Translations under genes and position numbers: made by a program
Notes under the pieces: generated by a model
Told to the model about the DNA's origin: nothing
Databases searched by the model: none
What the model saw: only the letters and a program-made list of their open reading frames with translations
Assembly: GCA_964187785.1 (NCBI GenBank)
Contig: OZ076409.1
Location: 53,322,001 to 53,386,000, forward strand
Source: Amphiscolops sp. MND2022
Taxonomy: Eukaryota
DNA: 64,000 bases
Reading direction: 5' to 3'
Part shown: piece after piece, positions 37,560 to 48,600 of the stretch
Numbering within the stretch: the stretch's first letter is position 1
Layout of the letters: each line of letters starts with the position of its first letter

Positions 37560-40500
37560 GTTGTCGATTTCGTGAGGGTGTTCTAGATCGTGATCTTAAA
37601 TCTCTAGGTCTTGAAGGAGATCTATATGGATAATTATATCGTTTAAAGGAGTTTCCTTGTGATTGAGAACGAGATCTGTATCTTGAGCGGGAGTTATATC
37701 TGTAATTTGAGTTATTTCTGTATGGAGATCTATATAGAGATCTAGATGGAGTTCTTCGTTGATAATAATTATCAAATCGAGATCTATATGGACTTCGAGA
37801 TCGATTGTATTATCTTTGTCGAGAATTTGATCTATTGTTGTTTTGCGAATTTTCTCTACTATTGCTACGATGTCTATCATTATTTCTGTATCTATCGTTA
37901 TAGTAATTTTGATTATATTTGTTACGATTGTTATCTGAGGAGTAAATATTGGTATTGTCATTTCGAGTTTCTTGTGAGTTATCAGGTTTACTGCGAAAAT
38001 ATTGTACAAAAGATTGTTGAGGAGTTCGTGATCTTTGGTTCTTGTATTTTTGGTATTCATCATCACGTTGTTTTTGATAACAGTTTGAAATACTATGATT
38101 ATTTTTGTGACAATAGGAACAATATTTTTTAAGCTGGTTTGCTTTTGTTATTTGGGTCTCCAGATTGAGTAACCATTATATGATCTTCGTGTTCAAATTC
38201 TGTTTTGTTTGTATCATCTTCAAGCGATACTTTGTTTATTTCTATAGCTAAGTCGTTAGTTCTAATTTTTTCATTAGCAATTTCTTCAGAATCGACATGT
38301 CTAGCAAGTGTGTGAAATGGTATAGAAGGTTCACGTAATGTCGATACATGTTTAACTTGTCGTTTATGAGCAAAATTTTTTAGTTTTTTGGGTAATCCTT
38401 TTGTAAAGATTTCAATATTTTTGAGGTTTATGGTAGCTGCATTTTCATTGCACAATCCCTTTTTAACTAATTGTTGTACTCTAAGGGCGAAATGGAGTAC
38501 TGTTTCATGATCTTTTTTCATGAGTGACATAGCTTCTACTTGGGCGTAGTAAGCTGTTTTTTGAGAAGCAAATTGTTTTTTGAATAATTGTACGAAGGAG
38601 TTCCATCGTTGTTTATATGATATATGAAGGTTAGTATACCAATCGAGAGCTGTTCCAGTTAAAGAACATTGTATGTAAGCCATGCGTCTATTATGCCAGG
38701 ATTTGTATTTTATAGGATTATTCTAAGGTTCTTCACCTATGGCGAAGGTTAATCTAGCTTCGACTTGTTGTAGATATTCTTCTGGTGTATAAGAATGGTC
38801 TAAACTATCAAAAGGTTTCATAGGTTCTGATATTGAAGCGGACATGTTCATAAAAGTATCTTGTGGCATTGGTAAGTATTGGAGTGGAGGAGCTACTTGT
38901 TGTGTGAGTTGAGGAGGTATATGTTGAGTTGTATTTTGTGGTAATGGATTTGGATTTGGATTAGGATTTGGATTAGGATTTGGATACATTTGATACAAAG
39001 GATCAGTAGGTATATGTGTAAGTGGAGGGTTTTGAAGTCTTCTTTGAGAAGATTGTATGGTATGAGAACAAGAAGTTGAAGGATACGAAGTTCCTTGATT
39101 TTGAGAATATATATTACTCTGTGAAGTACTGGTTTGTGATAATTGTATGAAAGGGTTTTGTGTTAATGAATTCGTAATAAATTGAGAGTGATTTTGGTTG
39201 ATATTTGCATTAGTATTTGTATTTGATGGAGGATAAAAGTTATAATTGAATGGATCGTAATATTGATTGGAAATTTGTGGATTATCATTACAATTATTGT
39301 TTGAAGAAATTGATCTATCTGAGCGGAAAGCAGAAGGAATTGATGGAGGATCAAATCTAGGTCGAATAATGTATCTTGTAGAATCAGGAATAGTTCTTGT
39401 TGGAGATGCAACGTTAACAGAAGTCTTCTGAACATGAGATGTGGTTAGAGTATCTTCATGTAAGGTGTTATGAGTTTCGTCGTGTGTTATTTCATCCGTG
39501 TATGGAAGGTTGAATGTTATTTTGCGGTTTAGAGATGTATCTAAGTGAGATTGAGGATTATGTGTATTTTGTCTTTGATTTACAACTCTAGTTGGAACTC
39601 TAAAAGATTGAGTGTGTGTTGATGTTGATGTTCCGGCTTGTGATGCATTATGTGTTGAAATTGTAGATTCTTGAGTAGTAAACTCATTTGCATTGTTTTC
39701 AATGATCTGATTATCATCATTATAGTTTTCATTTTCATTTTGTTGTAGGAGTGTATTTTCATCATTGGTATTATCATCTTCAGTATAGTTATTAGTGTTA
39801 AAATTTGAGTTTTGTTGAACTTGAGAATTTTGTTCATAGTGATAAGGTCTATTGTCTGCAAATAGATCATTTTCTGTAATTAATAGAGGATCGGAACGTA
39901 TGTAATCTAAAGTTTGTTTTGTAATTAGTTGTTGTTTGTGGAAATAAGGATGTTCATTTTGTTCACTTATGATGAATGGTAAACATTCGTCAGCTGTAAA
40001 ATGATTTGGAAATGCTGTAAAAGCAGGCTGATCTTGTTGTGACCATAATAGTTGATAATTGAATCCGAAGTATTTTCTGAGGAATAGAGATAATACTTTG
40101 ATCTGAGGAATTGTTTGTTCATTTAATGTTAAGTCTTTGAAATAATGGTAGAGGAAATTTTGTATTCGTAATATATCAGTTTGTAACCAATGATGAGGAT
40201 TGTCTTCAGGATTAACTAATCTTTCAATAAATTCTACTTCGAAATTGTTTATATATCGTTCAAGTTCGTCGAGTGCATTTGGACTAAATTTTGGAGTTTC
40301 AAGTGCTAGGTTGTGCTCTTTCACATTGTTCAAAAAAGCGTGAAAAACTTGTTTAATAGGAACGTGGAGGTTTATTGGATTTGATGTTCTTCTGTATATA
40401 TGAGATGAGTTAGGTCTTTGTTGAGGAAAGGAGATTTGAAAAGCTGGGTATTCTGTAGTGATGGTTAGAAATTGTATCTAATATAGAAGAGGTATGTGTC

Positions 40501-40679
40501 CAAATGTTCTCTAATAAGAGGTATTGTTTCAATTGTATGAGGTTCATTTTCAAATGGGAGTAGTTGTGTATAATGAGAAATAATGTTTTGTAGGAATGGA
40601 TTAGTTCTAATTTTACAACTTTTGCATTTTTAATGACGGGAGTTTGAAAATGTAAAAGGGTTGTTGTTGAGGAGTTCAT
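37560..40679 (-). pseudogene. gag: gag with long N/Q/T-rich N-terminal region, capsid domain, CCHC knuckle and RS-rich tail
   Basis: YIQCSLTGTALDWY...WNSFVQLFKKQF...ETVLHFALRV capsid-like motifs. After a frameshift at ~38129 the frame reads CSYCHKNNHSISNC, then RSRSPYRSR...RSRSRTPSR. Confidence 0.85.
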
Positions 40680-43600
40680 TTTTAGATATTATCTTTTATC
40701 ACTGTAAGCTTTTTTTCAAAGAGAATACTAAATAGAAATAACACACAAAACGTGTATGTTGTAATGAGCACTACTGTGGTAACTTTTTTTATCACATGTT
40801 ATAATATGAAGGTTAAAATGTTGAAAGTAATTTTTTATATAGATCCTATTAAGTTGGAGCTCTTGGGTAATGCCTTTGTTGATTTATGATGAAGAAAAAA
40901 AATTGTTGATATCGTTCAATTAATCTTTCAAAATCGTCTGATGTAGGGTTTTGAAGTGAGCTAATTAGAGGAATGTAAAAATTTAAAGAGTGAACTGTTT
41001 GGTTGTATATGTTAGAGTTCATATTAATTGTGTTCTAACAAGAATTTGAAGTTATTTGGGATGTTAATAGTTTTGGATAGAGAAGAAAGAAGCGGATGCA
41101 ATAGGATCTGTATTCAACCTCAAAGGTTTGCTAACAGAAACTAAGTGTGATTTTAAGTCTGGATCACTTTAAAGTGTCTAACATAAGGTTACTGACACGT
41201 CCAGAAAAGCTAAGGTTGTTTTAATTTTAAGTGGGTTGTGTGTTTTAGGACTATGGGAGTGGAGCTCTGAACAATTAACGTCCACTTTCCAAAGTCTGAT
41301 CAATACTGATCAAGATCAAAGTTTGATCTTTGTCTCTTTTACTTTTACTTTTACTTCCTAAGAATTTTGAAGATTCGAACGTAGTTCGGTGTCCTCTCGA
41401 TTCTCCTTAAGGACGTTTACACTTAACTAAGGTTTTTAGTCAGCCTTAGAATCAGATTGAGCTGGTGAAGCTGTCTGATTGTCTAAGTCTTATGGGAGGG
41501 GATAGGAATTGTGGGTGCCTGAAAGTAGAAAACTACTTTTACAGTGTCTGTGTTAGTTACATGCCTTACTTTAGTTTCATGTTTTAGACGTAAAAGAACG
41601 GATGATTGTTTTTTTACAGATTCAGTTAGAAAAAAATGGAAAACAGTCGTAGTTATCACAGACTCACACATTTTGATTGTTGGTCACTTTGAAAGTGTAT
41701 CCGAGTCAAAAATCGTACCAATACAATATGTAAAAAATTCAACTTCCGTCTAGGTGTGCAAAGTGGAAATTGGTCAAAGTGTGTAATTTTATAAAGTGTA
41801 AGTTAGTCACTAGCAGCTTTTTAATCACCATGCGTAACGCCAAATGACATGGTGTAACGAGAAAACATGTAACGTTTTAATTTAATTCCTACAGCCTTTC
41901 TATTGGCTTGCTTCCTGGCAAGATACGATAAAGACCGGAAAATTGTCAGCAATTATTTTCAACCCAATTTTTTTGCGAAATAGACGTTTGTTCGAAAATA
42001 TTTTTTCAAAATTCATCTTGAAAAGAAACAAGTTAAACAATGGTTTGATGCCAAAATCCACGCTAACAGGCTATTTCGTGAAAGTCATCATTTTAAGGAA
42101 AAAACGAACAATGACGAAAGCTAAAGTAGGACCATTCAAGTTGGAAAATGGTTTTTCCTAACTGAAAGAAGTCATAAAATCAAGAACACTTTTGAGAAAG
42201 AAATGTTTGTCAGAAAAGTTGCTTACAGTTTCAATTACCAAACAGGTGACCTTTTATGCTCTGAAACAATTTTCTCTTATCTGAAACTAATAAACAACCC
42301 TCTAGTTAGGTCAGACATTATATCTTCGATTACATCTTTCCCTCAAAAACGGAAACATTTTCTTACAAAGTGATTGGAGGAAGCTGCAAAATTGGTTCAT
42401 CGTCCGAGACGAGCGCCCATCGCCACAGGTTCAATTTGCCTCCAGTGCAAAGTACGGTTGCAATACGTCTCGTGGGGTCGTGAGGAGGTACGGTACCACA
42501 CCAGTGGATTACTTACCAAACGGTCTTAGTTTGTGACTGCCTGCTATGAGTAACAGGAATCTTTCGGACACTCTAAGGATCACCGCTCAAATAGCTTCGA
42601 TCAACAGGGTCAAGGATAATGAAAATTTTCAATTCCAGGGTGAAAGTTAGCATAAGTTATTAATGCCAAAAGTAGCCCTCAAGCTAGAAAATACAGCAAT
42701 AAACAGTGATAATCCGTACATTCAGATGTTGAAACGGCAGACTACACAACTACAAGCTATAGCTCTAAGTACCAAACAAAAATATTCAGGCAAAAAGACT
42801 CATTCTGTGGTTTTCGGTACTACAGGTAACATTTTGTTAGAATACATCAAACCCGTAGGTTTAGCACCTGTAAACCGAGTCTCTTAGAGTTTCTATCAGT
42901 TCTCAGCTCCTGTTGGGATCTCTCGGTCTCTCGCTCTCACTTGGTCTGTTTTCGGCTTCATTATACATGCAAAATGGTGATGCAAAACAAACCCAATGCC
43001 ACGTCAAACGTCGGATTAGAACACAAATTCCTGCCACAATTTCAATTACATCATTGACTGTATATTAGAGGGTAACGTTACACCTGCGGCAACCACTATG
43101 CCGTGTAGAAACTACTTCCGTTTAGACAACAAAGAAATCTGAGAGCAATCTGTTTCAAGCAAACTCACTGGCTTCCAATACGAACCTGTCCTGAAATGAT
43201 GATAAATGAACAACTGCGTCATTATAATTATAGAAGCAAAGTTCGTTGAATTAGTTGCAGAAACGATAAAATCTTCAACCAAATGAATTCGAAAAAAATC
43301 CTGTTTAACAAGTAATGGAAATAGCGTCGCAATTAGGAAATTCAAAAAATCTTCCAGAGCAATTTGTAATCGTTCAAATTTTCAGGTGACAACTCTCAAC
43401 TTTGCCGTGATTTTTGTTGGTTTTAGAAAATTAGTACGGAAACGTCACGATTCCTGAACAGTTGGTCCTCGAATCTATGGTTTCAAACTGACTGGTCCGA
43501 AACAAAAGGTCATCAAAATAACAAATCATGTTCTGTGTTTTTGGCTATAATTTACAATGTGACTTTCTCCAGCAAGCTTTAGTTTTTGTTTTCTATTTTA

Positions 43601-45689
43601 TTCACAACTAAAAGTCAGTTTTCAAACTTTTGTTCCCAAAACGTACATTTAATTTAACCAATTCAAAAGAAAAGCCTTTTCAGTGGCAGTACTATGGACG
43701 AGTAGGTATCTCGGAAAATTTTTTCTGTAGAAATATTTTCAGCAAAATCAATGTTGAATAATGTCAAAAAATCAATTTATTGATATTGAACGACAACAAT
43801 CTCGGCAGTGTTAAAAGCCTCCCAGGCGCGTTTTTGCGCATTCAAAGCTCAAACTGTTGAGCATAAAATCTACTTCAAGTTCCTGAGATTTAACTGTTGA
43901 AATGATTTTTTCAACATGAATAATGGCGCCGCGCTAGCACTGACTTTGTTAAAAGAGTAATTTTGTTCCTGTCACTTCAAACTTCAAACAACCTCCTACG
44001 AAAAACCAACGCAACGCAAATTCAGTATATTCAGTGATTACATACGTGGAAAATTATTTTCATTTTTATTCGTCCTTTTTTCATTCGAACTCTCATTTCT
44101 GTAAATCGGAAAGAAATCAAATTATTGTTCGATTTCGACGAGGAAACTTCTATTCATTGATTCATTTTTATTGTGTTCCCTTTTAATTTCCGGTTTCTGA
44201 TTCAGTCACAAATTTAAAATTCCAAAAAGGATAATTCTGCAGATGAACTTTGGGGCACACCTGAAAGTTATTAGGCTAATCGGCCGCGCTAACGTTTTGC
44301 TCGTTGAAAAATCAGTATACAATGTTTAGTAGAATAGAAAAATTCTGTTTTTTTTTCCAATAAAATGATCATGTTCGGTTTTATCAATTACATTTCCCAC
44401 TCACAGCGTGTTAAATCGTGTCAGTCAAATGCAATTGAGATTCAAATGTTTGTTTTCGAAACTTGGCGCCACTTTTTTTACTTGAATTTTTTTAAATTGT
44501 CGTTTTCCGATTCAAAAATGGCGCCCAAATTGTCAACTTTTTCAGATTTTGTGCAAGTGGTTTAATTTTGAAAAAAAACTAATTCCATTATGGTTGAAAT
44601 GATTATGGAATTAAAACAAGTGATAATGCAGTACGCTTTTTTAACATTCATGTGAATGAATGGTAATCTATATTGACAGTTATCCCAGCTGGCGATCCGT
44701 TATTGATACTTTTGAAAAAGTTACTCAAGTAATCGAGCAGTTTCACACATTTAACAGAAAGCAAAAAAACACAAATGGAAATAAACCATGTTTCGTTCTA
44801 TTTTGTTTCTGCAGCGAGTTCTTTCAAAAGTAAAATCCGAAAAGCTAGTTCAATATGTTATAAAAAGTGTGTTGAGGGAAGTTATAAGAGTGTATATCGA
44901 TAATGTAACTACAGGAAAGACATTGATGTGCTCTAGTATGAATTGGCTACTCTGAGGTTGTTTTCAGAATACAACGAATGTTTTTTCAATAAGCCTTTTC
45001 ATTGAATCATGTTATTCAATATGGGAGGCGAAGCTGTCTTTGAATGAAATTTTTCAAAGGGAGGTGTGGTTTCGTTTGATCAAAAAATTGCGAAGGTTGA
45101 CGAAGGTCAAACCCTGGAATAATGACCTTTTGCTTCATTCTGAAACAGACCAATTGAGCTATTCACAATTTTATGGTTTCTCATTCCATCATCCTTTCAT
45201 TGATTTTTAGCTGGTTGCAATAAAAAGTTGGCAACCGTTTTGAATAATGGCGCTGGCCGCACATTGCACAGAAAAAACGCAAACGCTGAAATTCCGAACC
45301 AGTGAGCATAAAAGCAAACATTTTCAAACATCTTTGTCATAACCGAGCTCAGATTCTCAAGCAAGCGCGAAAGTGCGCAGCAAATATATTATAAAAGCTT
45401 CAAATGCTTTTTTGTGTTTTTTTTTCATATAACTTCAATACAAAGCTTGCTACGTTAATGATTATGACTCTGCGCTCGTTTTTTGAGCAGCGAAAATGAA
45501 ATTTATAAATTATGACAACAATTTGGTGAATTATAATCAAAACTGATTTTCACACTACGAGCAATTGTCGAACGTTTATGGCGGTTAAATATTTTGGCGG
45601 CAAACAATTGGCATTAATTGCTTCCCACGGGACTTGAATTGATGTTTATAGAGCGAACTGTTTTTTGACTGGTGTTTTTCAACAAGAGA

Positions 45690-48600
45690 ATGCGGTCCAC
45701 TTCAAGAGCAGGCTTGAAACATTTCACATTCTGTATTTTCCTATTTTTATCAAGTTTCGTCGTAATGTGTCATGCTCAGTACTTCAATGACGGCCAATCG
45801 ACTTCATCTTCGGAAGCTACCAAACAACCAAAGAAACGAGTCAAGAGCAATGAAGTCAGTGCTCTACTCAATTTCCTCATTTCGGACAAAGAAGACGAAT
45901 TTGGAGCTATCCGGTTAGCGCTTCTAATTTTTATTTGAAGTAAGTTTCATATCACCTTTAGCTATCCTTAGTTTCGAGGTTTTTTGACCCATATGATCAA
46001 TATAACACTAATAAGTACCTAGAGCTTTTTTGGATAAAGCTATCATAAGTTAAATATCACCTTATTTTTAGTCAGACTCTTTTTGTGAGAAAGAAATTTT
46101 CAATATTTACAGAGAAAAGTTTTTTGTTAGACCGACGACCTCACACTGAATGATCCAATTTTCGATAGTTGCCTAAGACCTAAAGTGCTTTCAGAGGTTC
46201 TGAATGGTGCACTTTTGATTGTTTTACAATTTCAAGTAAATTGCCAAACCTAATGAGACCAAAGGTGTTTTTCTGAGAATTTTCCTAAAAACCATCTCTG
46301 AGCATTATGTTTTTTTGAGCTTTATGAGAGACTTCGTTGATTTGAGGTTTTATGAGGGGTACAGACTTAAGACGTACCTGTCTTCTAGCCGAAGTCAACA
46401 TTTATCTGAATTATGAAATAAAATGTTTCTGACGAGAATTGTTTTCTTGATTCTGACTACTCCTATATATCCCAACATTGAAGCTACATTTTCTGTCATG
46501 TGACGTCTTGCCAGACCTTTCAAACAATGTGCGAACCCAAAGAAAACAAAACATTGGATTGACGAAATCGCTGCAATTCGTTTTTGTACTTAAAAATGAC
46601 ACAACTGATTATATTTAAAACATTTTCTATTATTCAAAATATCTGAAACATGCATTTCGGTCAACTCGTTTTTGCACAATTTTAGACGGTGCTTTTCTTA
46701 AGAAAAGAGTCGACTATAGTCATGGCTTTTCGTCAGTGTTTTCTTTCCGATATACCTGAACTGTCCAAAATAGTTCTTCAAAAGTTCAATTTAAGCAATG
46801 TTCCTTTCGGCAATCTACATTCTACATTTGAGCAGTAAAAAGTGCTAAGGAGTCCCCTTCGACAATAACACAAACTGGATTTATTGCAAAACGGATAAAG
46901 CGAATTCCGGATATAACGTTTACCGGATATAACTTTCTTTGGAAAAGATTTCCATGTTACAAAAGGGTCCCCCTATGGATTTTTTTGGCGCAAAAGGATT
47001 TAACGCAAACCGGATATAAGGAATTCCGGATATAACGTATACCGAAAAAAGGATTCCTTGCAGAATATTCCAATGCTGTAAAAAGTGTCAAGCAAAAAGA
47101 TTCTCCTATAACATTATCGCGTTCTTAAATTCCGAAAAAAAAACGTTTTCAAAGTTCGGATGTAACGTTTTCAAGGCTCCGATATAACAATTTTTTTCTT
47201 CGTATAACGTTATCCATTTTCCCCAAACTTTCACATAATTTGCGTCCATTGTAAAGCTTTAGAGTCAGGTTTTCCATACTATAACCATGTCCCCCGATTC
47301 AGTCCTGTGCCTTGTTTTGGCTTTGGCTTTGTGACACTTTTTTTTCGAAAATTTTTTGATGTCTGTAAAGAGTCCACCCTTCAATTTTTTGATATTTGGG
47401 AACTGTGGAAGAGAATACTTGACACTTTGAAGTCCTTTTGCTATTTTTAGTCGGCGCGTTTTCATTTTAAGGAAAAATGCCCGACTATAGCAGTGACCTT
47501 TTTTTTAGTCGGCGCCTTTTCCCTTAAGGAAAAAAGCCCGACTCTTACAGTGAGTAGTTTTTTTTTTCAGTTGACAATCTCACTCTGAGTGGTCCACTTT
47601 TCTTACAATCTTTGTTCACATTTGTTCACATTTGTTGAACTAATTTTCTGAAAAGCAGGAGATCGTGGGTTCGATTCTCGCACTAAACCACAAATTTTTT
47701 ATGTTTCCAAAAGTAGATGCGAGACCAAAGCTTTGTTTCGTTTCGTTTGATTTTTTTTCGTTTTTTTTCGGCACTATGCGACTTTTTTTTCGAAAATTTT
47801 CGGATTCTATCAATTGCATTTTTTTTGAAGTTTTCGGTTTGTAAAAAGGTTCAATGAGCCTGAATGGCCTCTTTTGAGTTTTTGTGGCATTGTCCGATTT
47901 TCTAAAAAAAATACTTTTTTCGAAAAAAAAATTCAAAAATAATTTTTTCGAAAAAAAAAATTTCCAAAAATTTCCAATAGCTGTTCCTTGAATATTTTTG
48001 AGCCTAAGATATGGCGCCGACTTGGGACGTTCCCGTCTTGTTTTTTCTTCAGACTACAATCCTCACACTGATCGGTCCACTTTTTACAATTCTGCGCAGA
48101 GCACCTGAGGCCAAGTCCGCCCAAGGCAAACGTACTCCAAAGGGTCCCCCCTATCATTTTTTACTTTTTCAAGGAAAATACAAAACCGGACGTGCCCAAA
48201 GGGTCCCCCCTTTGGATTTTTTTCGGTACTGTGCGACTTTTTTTTCGAAAATTTTTTTATGTCCCCAAAGGGTCCCCCCTTTGAGTTTTTTGATATTTTG
48301 CAACGGAATGTTTGTTAATAAATCCAGAAGGCCCCCCCTTTTACATTTTTCGGCACTATGCGACTGCTTTTGAAAGAAAAATTTTTTTCAAAAAAAGTGT
48401 TTTACGCTTTTTGAGCCTTAGATATGGCGCCGACTTTGGACGTTCTCGTCTTGTTGATTTGGCGCCGACTTCCCGGCTTGTTTCTGCAGTTATTACTAAC
48501 AAGACGGTAACAAAATGTTCATGTATCCTAAAATTTCGAAAAATCTTACATTGAATGAGATTTCTAAAGGGGTGACCTGGACAGTTAGTGAACCGAGAAG

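Larger units (their letters stand above)
24290..41846 (-). mobile_element. Giant (~17.5 kb) degenerate env-bearing Ty3/Gypsy (Metaviridae-like) retroelement
   Basis: Domain order gag-PR-RT-RH-IN-env plus extra ORFs, all on the - strand, with many stops and frameshifts. Putative PBS TGGCG at 41842 just after CA, and PPT-like AAAAACCGGGATGGA followed by TGT at 24589. Outer boundaries are uncertain. Confidence 0.9.

Noticed and set aside
37746..38132. Antisense or alternate-frame ORFs over gag/pol (also 37596-38066, 39163-39435, 51864-52247)
   Set aside because: Shadow ORFs explained by biased codon usage of the true coding frame.
42301..42320. TAGGTCAGACAT resembling the 3' LTR start (TAGGTCAGTACAT at ~24578)
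   Set aside because: The similarity does not extend beyond ~12 bp and is likely chance.
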